A stretch of 64,000 bases of DNA from Octopus vulgaris (lineage: Eukaryota). The notes beneath the pieces were generated by a model. It had not been told where the DNA came from, did no database searches, and saw only the letters and a program-made list of their open reading frames with translations. The DNA lies in assembly GCA_951406725.2 (NCBI GenBank), contig OX597827.1, forward strand, positions 75,702,001 through 75,766,000, in the 5' to 3' direction. The position numbers and the translations under genes were made by a program. Each line of letters begins with the position of its first letter. The stretch's first letter is position 1. Of this stretch, positions 1-10,951 are shown piece by piece.

Positions 1-444
1 AGCTACTTTACCTCCATGAGGCCCAACGCTCAAATGGAACTCTAAATTTTAACCAAAAACTAATATGGATTGTGATTGGTCTAGGTATTTAAAAAACTAT
101 ACTTAAAACTAGGTTATGAGTTCAAGATACACTGTAGGCATTCTAATAAGCCTTGGTTGAAAATTGAATACTAAATTACCACATCACTGTTCGCCTGATC
201 TGTGGAAAATAGATGTATTACCTTCTTGAAGCATTATTTGCGATATGGATACATTTAAAGAGAACCAGAGTCCAAATCCAGTGGTAATGGTAGACCTAAT
301 ATCACTGGTGGAATCTGTTCTAAGCATGAGCATTTCCAGTTAGATGTGGTTTGTATTCCTAACAGTTAATAAATTAAGGTAATGTAGAGTATGCCCCAAA
401 ACACGAAGAAATACCAGCATTAAATTTGAATGAAGGACCGATGA

Positions 445-855
445 ACAAGTAGTCCAGTAAGAAATTTGCTTCTCAACCACACAGTTCTGAGTTCAGTCCT
501 ACTGTGAGGCACCTTGGGCAAGTGTCTTCTATTATAGCCCCAGGCCAACCAAAACCTTGTGAGTGGACTTGGTAGACAGAAGCTTGTATGGAAGCCCATC
601 ATACATCTGTATATGTGTGTATGTATGTATAGATAGATATGTGTGTGTGTTTATGTTTGTCCCCCCACCACAACTTGATAATCAGTGTTAGCTTGTTTAC
701 ATCCCCATAAATCAGCAGTTCTTTGGCCAAAGAGCCCCATAGAATCAGTACCAAGCTTTAAAAAGACTGGGGTCAATTCGTTTGACTAAACCCTTGAAGG
801 TGTTGCCCCAGCATGACTTCAATTCTGTGGCTAAAACAAGTAAAAGACGAAAGAT
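445..855 (+). mobile_element. tRNA-derived SINE family A, diverged copy
   Basis: Shares gttcagtcc-ggcaccttgggcaagtgtctt, the internal TA/TG tract and the tail ...aaacaagtaaaaga with the younger copies. Confidence 0.8.
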
Positions 856-1633
856 AAATTGAAGATTATAGTCCTAGCCATACTAGAATTTTTGTCTCTT
901 ACATGCCTGACAGCTAAGTGCCAAAACTGTTAATCCTCTGGAGGGTCCCCGTGCAGATATGAATCATATCTGTTTTAACAACAACTGTCCCGGCTGTGTA
1001 TGTTTAATCAGTGCACTTTTGTCAGTTAGACATCCTCGCAGTCAAACCAAGGCCGACTTTTTGTCTTTCGTCCTGCTCAGTTGGTAACAAGAAGAACCAG
1101 TCAAACACCAGAGTCAATAGAATTGAACATATTCTCATGCCAACATTCCTGCCCCGGTGCTTATGTTGGGCATTGTTATCAACATCATCATCATTAGCAG
1201 CAGCATAAACGAAAACCATTTTTTTTTTTTTTTTGCAGAGACTCAAAATTAATTTTTGTTGTGGGCGGGGAGTTACTGCATGAACTCCAGTTTATTGTTG
1301 GTATTTATTTTATCAACACTGCAAAGTGAAAATTAAATTGTCTGGCAGCATTTGTGTATTTATTTACTTTATATTTCAATGGCATCATTGGTCCAGTCAC
1401 TCATTCACTGCATTTCCAACAGCAAGAGTAACAAGGGAGTGTCTGTGTAATTTGATCCAAAATAAATATCACAGGGCCTTATTCAAAAAGAATTTTTGTT
1501 TTTTGGTTTTTGTTCAATATTTACATCTTTCTTCAACATACATCAGCTAAAAATACTCACATGCACATAAATATGTGTGTGTTTAGCTTTCTTTAATTAG
1601 CTACCTACTCTCTCTCTCTCTCTCTTTTTCTCT

Positions 1634-1668
<35 letters not shown>

Positions 1669-1732
1669 CCTTAAAAATGTTTTAACCCGAAGGCCGCGGC
1701 CATGCTGAGGCACCACATATATATATATATAT

Positions 1733-2030
1733 TGTGCCGGTGGCACATAAAAAGCACCATCCGAACGTGGCCGATGCCAGCGCCGCCTTCGCTGGCTTCC
1801 GTGCCGGTGGCACGTTAAAAGCACCATCCGATCGTGGCCGATGCCAGGCTCCCCTGGCACGTAAAAAGCACCCACTACACTCGCGGAGTGGTTGGCGTTA
1901 GGAAGGGCATCCAACTGTAGAAACACTGCCAGATCAGACTGGAGTCTGGTGCAGTCCTGGCTTCCCAGACCCCGGTCGAACTGTCCAACCCATGCTAGCA
2001 TGGAAAGCGGACGTTAAACGATGATGATGA
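1733..2030 (+). mobile_element. Short retroposon family B with (GAT)n tail and internal hairpin repeats
   Basis: gtgccggtggcac..aaaagcacc repeats, ggcgttaggaagggcatcc, and ccatgctagcatggaaagcggacgttaaacgatgatgat. Flanked by (TA)n. Confidence 0.9.
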
Positions 2031-2524
2031 TATATATATATATGTATATACCTATGTATGTGTGTGTGTGTGTGTGTATATGAAAAATGACGTAGTCAGT
2101 ATTTTAAAAAAACGCATATACACACATGGATGTATAAACACGCACACATGCAGACATACACACGCTCACATACTCATCTCGGACAAATCCCAACGTTGGA
2201 ACATAAGTTCAAAAGAAATGGAAGTAGAGAGACGTATTGCTGAAGAGATTGCAACAATGCGATGAAATAATTATTTGACCAAAAAAGAAAAGACAACACT
2301 AACGATACTGAACATTTGAACGATTAACTGTTTGACCAAAGTGTTTAACATATGAGTTTGGAAAACTAGTGTAAAACGGTTAATCGATAAATTGATTAAC
2401 GGAGTAACTAACCCATTAACTAACAATAACAATAAAGGACCAAACCAGTGCATGTTTATTATTACCGGCATAATGCCCCTCCCAAGGTTCAATAGTATGT
2501 ATGTATGTACATATATATATATAT

Positions 2525-2807
2525 TTGTTCCTTCTCAAGCCACGCCTGGCTCATTAGGGCCGGTTTCCTGGTTTCCTTGGCATATATGTTCTCCACCTGG
2601 AGGGGATGCCGGTCTGTCGCAGGTGAGCTGCAAGATGCAGGAGGAAAGAGTGAGAGAAAGTTGTGGTGGAAGAGTCAGCAGAAGTTTGCCATTACCTTCT
2701 GCCGGAGCTGCGTGGAACTTAGGTGTATTGCTCATCAACACACACATCGCCCGGTCTGAGATTCGAACCTGCGAGTCCGCTGCTGTAACCACTAGGCCAT
2801 GTGCCTC
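2525..2807 (-). mobile_element. tRNA-derived SINE family D
   Basis: Minus strand reads ggaggcacatggcctagtggtta...ggttcgaatctc (A and B boxes). Highly similar to 5423-5706 and 21078-21357. Confidence 0.9.
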
Positions 2808-3595
2808 CCCCCCCCCACATATATATATATAAAATAGATAGCCAGAAAGCATATGACCCAGTGGCTGGAGTGTTACACTCATAATGAGAAGATCATGGTT
2901 TCAATTCCCAGAGCAGGTATTGTGTTGTGTTCTGGAACAAAACATTTCATTTCATGTTCTGAGATAATTTCAACGTCTAACATGTGGCGCACTTGTTGTA
3001 CAGGCAATGTTGATTCGATGGAGGGAGAAAGCTTAGGTGAACACAACCATAACCAAGTCACCTGTGTGGTTGTTCAGCAAGAAATAGCACAACCCTCATT
3101 CATTACCTAACGATGGGGGAGTCCATAATTCACACACATGATGGGCGCTTGTACAGTTTCTAACTAGCAAATTCCTCTCCATTCCCTGGTGTTTTCAATC
3201 TGAGGTTATAGTAGAAGTGCCATGCAGTGGAACCAAACACAGAACTACTTTGTTATGAGGTAACCCCTTGACCACACAGCCCTTCCTGTGCCCCAAATGA
3301 ACATAATTGTCTTTTATCTTTTACTTGTTTCAGTCATTGGACTGTGGCCATGCTGGGGCACCACCTTGAAGAATTTTAGTGAAACAAATCCCATTCAGTA
3401 CAAGACTGGTATTCATTTTATCAGTCTCTTTTGCTGAATCATTAAGTTATGGGGGACATAAACAAACCAACACCGTTGTCAAGCAGTGGCTGTAGGCGTG
3501 TAGGGACAAACACAGATAGACATAATTATTTTCTCGGACCATTTTTATCGTACTGCTAGGTCATGGGAGGCATAAAGGAGCCGACACTGGTTATT

Positions 3596-3827
3596 AATTA
3601 AAATGACAAAGGAAAAGAAATTGTGTCATGAATCCCATCAGGTCACAGCTGTTTCTGCTATAAGATGCAATGTACTCATAGTCAAATGCTTGTGTATCAC
3701 CCTATAGCCTCATCAGAGCTTCAAACATGAAGGCATTCAACTACGAATGTATTGCATCTTATAACAGAAATAGTTGTGACCTAATGGGATTCATGACACA
3801 ATTTCTTATTCCTTTGTTATTTTAATT
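3596..3827. repeat. Fold-back inverted repeat (~95-bp arms) containing a degenerate hammerhead; PLE-type terminus
   Basis: aattaaaatgacaaagg...caaatgc pairs with gcattcaac...ttttaatt. The minus strand has CTGATGA-gctata...tatagc-a-GAAA-cagctg. Confidence 0.75.
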
Positions 3828-3840
3828 TCTTATTGCTCTA

Positions 3841-3991
3841 CATTATTTACATTTGACGGATATTTGTCCTCATCTTGTTTGTTGTTAACACAACGTTTCG
3901 GCTGATATACCCTCCAGCCTTCATCAGGTGTCTTGGGGAAATTTCAAACCTGGGTTCTCATTCCTAAGGTATTTTTCAATGTTATTATTTA

Positions 3992-4041
<50 letters not shown>

Positions 4042-4156
4042 CATTATTATTATTATTCAGGTGACTGCCTGGAATCAAACTCAGAATCTTGGGGTTAGTA
4101 GCCCATGCTCTGAACCACTATGCCATATGCCTGTGAGCATATGGCATAGTGGTTCA
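3841..4156 (-). mobile_element. tRNA-headed short element with internal (AAT)n, a hammerhead ribozyme and an inverted 5' duplication
   Basis: Minus strand: A box TGGCATAGTGG, anticodon-like arm ggg-ctactaa-ccc, B-box-like GTTTGATTCC, (AAT)n, then an HHR. Perfect 20-bp inverted repeat at 4111-4130/4137-4156. Confidence 0.75.
3887..3932 (-). ncRNA. Minimal type I hammerhead ribozyme
   Basis: gacac-CUGAUGA-a-ggcug(10 nt)cagcc-GAAA-CG-UU|guguu. Stems I and II pair, and stem III is the palindrome ACGU. Confidence 0.8.
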
Positions 4157-4934
4157 TTCCAACGCAACTCTTGCTTGAAAGAGACTGAGTGAGAGATAGT
4201 GGGAGGCAGTGGAGGCCCGTGTTGCCAGATACTGCCATAGCTTTCGTACGCGCAGCTGCTCAATGTCCAAAAATCAATTTTTAATTAATTCATTTATTTC
4301 CTTGTGTTTTGTCATCGTTAGTGCAGATGGTCGCAAGTCAGAGTGAAAGTGTATATATGCACAAACATACATACACATATATTTATACACACACACACAA
4401 TGGACTTCTTTCAGTTGCCATCTACCGAACCTTCTCACCAAGCTTTGGTTGGCCTGGAGCTGTAGTAGAAAACATTTGCACAAGGTGCCATGCAGTGGCA
4501 CTGAACCCAAAACCTCACGCATGGGAAGCAAGCTTCTCAACTACACTGTTGCACCTCTGCCTATTTATATGTTTTTTAAAAGTAAACCAATGTTTTGTTT
4601 TTCACTCTTTATTTAAAAATAGTTTGTTTCCAATTGTTTTCAGAAACAGTTTCAGGCAAAGAGTTTACATGTTTACACAATGAAATCATTCTAGAGATAT
4701 ACCTGACATTGAACCCATTCAACACTGGTTCATACAGTTTATACAGAAAAGCCTGCACCACCACCTGGCCAACATGTCCTCAGTATCTGTATCTGTTAAA
4801 GCATGCGGTGAGTTTTATATTTGACCACCAAGTTATCTTACATCAGTAAATGAGTAAATTTCAGCAATTTCATCATGGCTAAGTATTATTAAAGTGATTA
4901 TTTACAATTTAGGGTCAAGGCTTTGTTATAAATG

Positions 4935-5420
4935 ATGTGACTGAGACTGTGTCATACTGGATATGCAAAAGAAGATAACAGTGTAACCTGAGGCTATGTG
5001 CTTGATGCATGTGACTGAGGCTGTGTCTGTTGTAAATGTGTGTGTAACTGGATGACAGTGTGACTTGAGGCTATCTGTTAGATGCGTGTGACTGAGGTTG
5101 TGTCTGTCCTAAATGTGTGTGTAACTGGATGACAGTGTGACTTGAGGCTACGTTCTAGATCTGTGTGATTAGACAATAGTGTAACTGAGTTTATATTATA
5201 GCTGTGCATGATTGTATAACAGTGTGACATGTGCAGTGGCCAGATAAGTGACTGGAAGTCAGGTTGCAAATATGTGGCACTTTATAATAATAGTGTGACT
5301 GGGGTTAGGCTGTAGATTTGTCTGATTGAATTGATGAAACTGTTATAGACATTGCACTGAAGGAACAGAAGAGTGTGACATGAGACTATATTTTAGATGT
5401 GGGAGGAAAATAGTGTGACA
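4935..5420. repeat. Degenerate minisatellite (~38-bp unit with a gtgtgact core, plus a ~77-bp dimer)
   Basis: Recurring agtgtgact(t)gaggcta; near-identical ~77-bp copies at about 5010 and 5087. Confidence 0.7.
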
Positions 5421-5422
5421 TG

Positions 5423-5706
5423 TTGTTTGTTCCATCTCGAACCACGCCTGGCTCATAAGGGCCGGTTTCCTAGTTTCCTTGGTATATAGGTTCCCCACCT
5501 GGACAGGACGCTGGCCTGTTGCAGGTGAGCTGCAAGATGCAGGAGGAAAGAGTGAGAGAAAGTTGTGGCGAAAGAGTCAGCAGAAGTTCGCCCTTCTGCC
5601 GGAGCCCCGTGGAGCTTAGGTGTTTCGCTCATAAACACACATTGCCCGGTCTGAGATTCGAACCCACGAGTCCACTGCTCTAACCACTAGGCCATGTGCC
5701 TCCACT
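5423..5706 (-). mobile_element. SINE family D with a 10-bp target-site duplication
   Basis: A and B boxes present; gtgtgacatg duplicated at 5413-5422 and 5707-5716. Confidence 0.9.
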
Positions 5707-6299
5707 GTGTGACATGAGGTAGCACTATAAAGCTGACAAGTACTGTGTTCAGCTTGCAGAGCTGTGTTGCTGTGACTATTGATAGTCTCGCGAGAGACAA
5801 GGACTCTTTGAAATTGATTTCCCTTGGGTACATGACTCAGGGCGCCACTGATGACCCAATAAAAGTATGGGTCTGCAGGTGAGATGGCTGGGCGCATAAG
5901 GTATGGGCCAACCTGTTCATATGTTAAGAGTTTAAATATGCTGTTGGTGTTTCATTTTGTTTCTGAATAGGGCACTGCATTTTACATTACCTAATATCAC
6001 CTTACTGCAATGGGGAGCCATATGATCCCTGTGGGTCCATAGTAGTATTTTTAGGGTGCATGAAAAAATTTTGCTTTAGATGTATTTATCACAAGAAACT
6101 GCTAGTTTTTTTCCTTTAATGTTTTACATATTTCAACCTACATAAGTAATGTGGAAAACAAAATAGGAATTTTGAAAGAAATATCTATAAAACTAGTTTT
6201 TAAACATTGATTGGCTTTGGGAGTTCACCAGAATAGAACAGTAATCAAAGGAGTCCATAGATAAAAAAAAACTGAGAACTACTGCTTTACTGTGTGAAG

Positions 6300-6655
6300 G
6301 TGATAGATACCAGATCATCTGGGAAGTTTACCTGTGATAGATTGGTGCCCTATCCAGGTGGATATTTCTCTCTCATTCTCTCTTGTGTTTCTTGAAAGAA
6401 CACTATTACCTCAGTTCATCAGTTGTCGGGAATAGATACCATATCGTCTGTGGAATGTTACCTATGATAGACTAACATCTTATCCAGGAGAGTATTTTTG
6501 TCTCATCCTCTCTGTTATGTTTCTAGACAGAACACTATATCCTATATTAGCTCAGTTCACTTACCTGAAAAGAATAGGTACCAGATCTTCATAGGAATGT
6601 TACCTTCTGTATAGACTAGCATCTTAACCAGGAAGAAATTTATCTCTTATCTACT
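6300..6655 (+). repeat. Three tandem ~130-140-bp SINE-derived units
   Basis: Repeating ata(g)ataccagatc...ttacctgtgatagact..catc(c/t)tatccagg. Confidence 0.65.
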
Positions 6656-6829
6656 TCAAACTATAAAATCTAAACTAAATGATGGTCCTTAAAAACTGAT
6701 ATATCTTACATTATAAAATACTGCTACATTATACTATACATCTTCATGTCCTCTACATTTCTATGGTACAGTGCCTATTTTGTAGTATTTTCTATACACC
6801 TCTCTATTACAGTAAACAGAGTTGAATCT

Positions 6830-7053
6830 GAAGGGCCTTTACATGGTCAATCGACCTGCTAGAAATAGCAGCCAAATCGCCTAAATCTCCTTCATACTGC
6901 ACTCTGCTATCTTTTAAAATTGGGAAAGATGTATTAGGGAAATTTTTTTTGTCCTAGATACACTAAATCTGTAAATAAGATAGAGGATGGTCATGAATGG
7001 AATGCCTTTGATCATAAGTCTGCTCAGTCAGAGCTGACATGAACTAAGCAACA
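6830..7053 (+). mobile_element. Old dispersed repeat family G. Other copies at ~30320-30510, 32930-33400, 38822-39025, 39530-39720 and 40320-40520.
   Basis: Shared gacctgctagaaatagcagccaaat...gatggtcatg..tggaatgcctttgatca...ctaaacaac. Confidence 0.7.
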
Positions 7054-7059
7054 TATGTG

Positions 7060-7605
7060 TAAAAACTGGGTGTATGAGGCATCAGATGTAGCCTGCAAGA
7101 GAGAAGGCTACACTGGTACGGCCATGTGATACGTATGAATGAAGGCAGCTGCATCAAAAGGTGCCAATCTCAAATTGTAGACGGAACATGTGGAAGGGGA
7201 AGACGCAGAACAAAATGGTGAGAAAGGATCAATGGATGTTGGGACTCAGAGAGAGGATGACAGGGGACTGAGGCTTCTGACAGTTTCCTGTGCTTTAAAA
7301 GACATGCCAGGCTAAGTAAAAGCGTGGTTGTCCCTGCTCACAGGCTGTTCCCTGCATTCCTCTCCAGCTGACCATTCATAACCTTGCGGATTTGCAGGTG
7401 CTGGTGCCCACGTAAATGCACCTGTGCCAGCACTGTACAGAAGCACCCAGTATGTTCTGTGAAGTGGTTGGCATTAGGAAGGGCATCCAGCCATAGAAAC
7501 ATTTGTCAAAACAGACATGGAGCCTGGACAGCTCTCTGGCTTGCTAGCTCCTCTCAAACTGACCACCCATGCCAGCATGGAAAACAGACATTAAGTGATG
7601 ATGTG
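7060..7605 (+). mobile_element. RTE-clade LINE 3' remnant running into a family-B-like tail
   Basis: Translates as LQERRLHWYGHVIRMNEGSCIKRC...GTCGRGRRRTKW, a typical RTE C-terminus, followed by ggcattaggaagggcatccagcc...catggaaaacagacattaagtgatgat. Confidence 0.75.
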
Positions 7606-7620
7606 ATTATGTGTATATAT

Positions 7621-7827
7621 TCTTTTATTCTTTTGCTTGTTTCAGTCATTTGACTGCGGCCATGCTGGAGCACCGCCTTTAGTCGAATCAAATCGACCCC
7701 AGGACTTATTCTTTGTAAGCCTAGTACTTATTCTATTGGTCTCCTTTGCCAAACCGCTAAGTTACGGGGACCTAAACACACCAGCATCAAGCGATGTTGG
7801 GGGGACAAACACAGATGCACAACATAT

Positions 7828-7863
<36 letters not shown>

Positions 7864-8103
7864 GGATATATATTTTATATACATATATATATATATGGAT
7901 ATATATATATAGATAGATACACATATATACACATATATACGACGGGCTTCTTTCAGTTTCCATCTACCAAATCCACTCACAAGGCTTTGGTCGGCCCAAG
8001 GCTACAGTAGAAGACACTTGCCCAAGGTGCCACTCAGTGGGACTGAACCTGGAACCATCTGGCTGGTAAGCAAGCTACTTACCACACAGCCACTACTGCG
8101 CCT
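7621..8103 (-). mobile_element. SINE family A, full length
   Basis: Reverse complement of aggcgcag..tggctgtgtggtaag...ggttcagtcccact...gactgaaacaag. Confidence 0.9.
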
Positions 8104-8260
8104 ATATATATATTATTTATGTGTGTGCATGTGTATATATATATTTATGAGTATATATGTATGTGTGTGTGTGTGTGTGTGTGTAATGTTCTCTACCCAG
8201 TATACAACTATACATCCTCTGTCACTGTGATTCTCATGTTGATTAATGCACATTTTGTCG

Positions 8261-8489
8261 TTAACCCTTTAGCATTTGAACCGGCCATATCCGGCCAAAA
8301 GTATTCTGCCTGTTTTATGTTCAAACTGGCTAGATCTGGTCTCTCACACCAACCCTACAAAATCGTTTTAAAAATTAAAAGCTACCTCATTAAACTCTCA
8401 TAGCTACAAGATAATGCATGATTAGTTCCAAACAATGTGGATGAAAAAGCATTAATTTTGGCAGAATAATGTGAACACTAAAGGGTTAA
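8261..8489. mobile_element. piggyBac-type MITE, family E
   Basis: Termini ttaa-ccctttag ... ctaaaggg-ttaa. A second copy is at 62464-62690. Confidence 0.85.
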
Positions 8490-8848
8490 TTTACTTTTAA
8501 TGATATTATCTTCCTGATTAATACCATTGATAATCTAATTTTATGTCAATTTGCTTTTAATCACAATGCGTAATGAATGCCTCGTTAGGTTTATGGTTAT
8601 CAGATGAGGTGCACGGACTGTGAAATTATCCATGCTCCAGGGAATTTCACCTCCACCAGGAAGTTACCAACACACACACACATAGACAAATACACACAAA
8701 CACATTCACGCATACAGAGACTCACTCACACATACTCTTGAACACATGGACAGTGACTCATATGATATGTTCACAGATATACATATACGCACAAATACAT
8801 ACATACACCAACACATACACACACTTTTATGAACTCCTATACACACAT

Positions 8849-9128
8849 GATCATCATCATCATCGTTTAGCGTCCACTTTCCATGCTGGCATGGGTTGGA
8901 CCGTTCAACTGGGGTCTGGGAAGCCAGAAAGCTGCACCAGGCCCAGTTTCATCTGGCAATGTTTCTACGGCTGGATGCCCTTCCTAACGCCAACCACTCC
9001 ATGAGTGTAGTGGGTGCTTTTTACGAGCCACTGGCACGGAGACCAGACGAAGCTGGCAACGGCCACGATCGGATGGTGCTTTTTATGTGCCACCAGCACG
9101 GGGGCCAGGCGAGGCTGGCAATGGCCAT
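8849..9128 (-). mobile_element. Family B retroposon
   Basis: catcatcgtttagcgtcc...ggatgcccttcctaacgccaaccactcc. Confidence 0.9.
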
Positions 9129-9423
9129 GCATACATATAGATGTTCATCTTATCACAGACCCATAAACATTTATGATTGAGCACTTGACCGGAAATCAAA
9201 GGGACGTGACTTCAATTCTCATGGCTGGTTGCTGACAGATTTTTCTGCTCTGTAAGGGATATTATCCCATATATATTGTTATGTCGGTATTTTATGAGTT
9301 GAAAAGTATATCTTTCTCCTTGTACTACAATACATTTCAGCGCTTCAAAAACAAACTTAAGTTTGTTTACATATGACGTAATTTATATATTGTTCCTTGC
9401 AATCATGTGTGGAGATATATATA

Positions 9424-9685
9424 TCATCATCATCATCGTTTAACATCTGCTTTCCATGCTAGCATGGGTTGGATGATTTGACTGAGGACTGGCGAACCAG
9501 ATGGCTGCACCAGGCTCCATTCTTGATCTGGCAGAGTTTCTACAGCTGGATGCCCTTCATGACGCCAACCACTCCGAGAGTGTAGTGGGTGCTTTTATGT
9601 GCCACCGGCACGGGGGCCAGTCACGCAGTACTGGCAACAGCCATGCTCAAATGGTTTTTTTTACGTGCCACCTGCACAGGAGCTA
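9424..9685 (-). mobile_element. Family B retroposon, variant subfamily
   Basis: Same termini as other B copies; closest to 13987-14290. Confidence 0.85.
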
Positions 9686-9984
9686 AGCAAGTGGATTATT
9701 GATTGATATGACAACAACAACACTACTCACAGACAAACATATACACAGAAATCGGTGTGTGTGTGTGTGACCTTGTGGTTTCAATTCCTGGACCAGTGTT
9801 GCATTGTGTTCTTGAGCAAAACACTTCATTGCTTGTTATACCAGGCTACTCAGCTGTAAAAATTGGCATTCCCACCTTAGCCATCTGGGTGGCATCATTT
9901 GAAAGTTACAAGAAAGTGAGCAAGCGCATTGTGACCAGCCGTGTATAACATCTGATGATCTGGTCAATACACTTACAGTTGGTC

Positions 9985-10390
9985 ATTACTACTCTCCTGT
10001 ATCAGTCACAAGCTTTGGTGCTCTACAGCAGGCAGGTGAAGCGGCTGGAACACTTCCCTCAGGGAGGCCTTTGCTCCAGCAGGCAAGCTCAGCCCAGGGG
10101 TAAAAGAGACAGAAGAGCCTCCCAGAAACGTTTCAAAGACCAGCTGAAAACAGCAGCTCATCCGTGCAGGAGTAGAAACCCACATGTTAGGAGGGTGTTG
10201 CAAGATGGCATCCAGACTGCTGCAAACAATTTTTGAGAAAGCCAGAGAAACACCGAAGAAGGAAAGAGTCATCATCAGGAACTCCCATCTGACCAAAGCC
10301 TATGTATTTGCCCCAAGTGTGCTCGAGACCGTCATTCAAGGATCAGTTTACATAGCTACTTAGGGGCCTTCCACTCTCCTTTATCATCTT
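9985..10390 (+). mobile_element. Decayed RTE LINE 3' fragment
   Basis: Translates in part as TTLLY...LEHF...GKRDRRASQKRFKDQLK. Confidence 0.65.
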
Positions 10391-10491
10391 TCGACACAAA
10401 GAGCTGCTGTCATCATCATAATCATCATCATTTAATATCCGCATGAAAAGCAGATGTTAAATGATGGTGATGATAATATATATATATATAA

Positions 10492-10687
10492 AGTTAATCC
10501 AAACATGAAAACACAAAGAGAAAACACAACAACGCGAGGACGTGCAACAAGTATAGTATTATTGGACGCTAAGAAAAGAAAGAGGGTTTAATGTTCCAAG
10601 CGGAGCTCTTCGTCAGAAACATAGGAAAAGGAAAGATCCAAAGAAGGGAAGACGGAGGGGAAAAAATCACCAACGGTACACACGCAG
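10492..10687 (-). mobile_element. ~200-bp HHR-bearing repeat (PLE-LTR-like); second copy at 48445-48655 (+)
   Basis: The two copies align end to end and contain ctgacga/ctgatga-agagc..gct(c)-(g)aaa. Both are flanked by (TA)n. Confidence 0.7.
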
Positions 10688-10719
<32 letters not shown>

Positions 10720-10884
10720 CAAAATTTAAAGGACTGACCACTAAAAGTGGACGGTCAACATGCTAGATATAGACGTCAAATCGCTATTTTCCACAAAGGA
10801 TATGTTCTCAAATAAAAATCCAGCACGAACCAAAGCATTAAAAATAAGCAAGACAAATGAAAATATACGAAATAAAAAGATTAC

Positions 10885-10951
10885 CTATGTACCGATCAGT
10901 TTCAATTGTTATTATCCACGCATGTGGATACCCGCAATCTCCTCAGCATAG
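10885..10951 (-). ncRNA. Type I hammerhead ribozyme with an intact core
   Basis: cuaug-CUGAGGA-gauug...uauccac(augc)guggaua...caauu-GAAA-cugaucg-GUA|cauag. 5-bp stem I and a near-palindromic stem III. Confidence 0.8.

Noticed and set aside
2235-2280. CTGAAGA-attgca/tgcgat-GAAA-taatta-TT hammerhead-like string
   Set aside because: No stem I pairing, so it could be chance in AT-rich sequence.
2392-2882. 146-aa and 115-aa ORFs
   Set aside because: They mostly read through a family D SINE.
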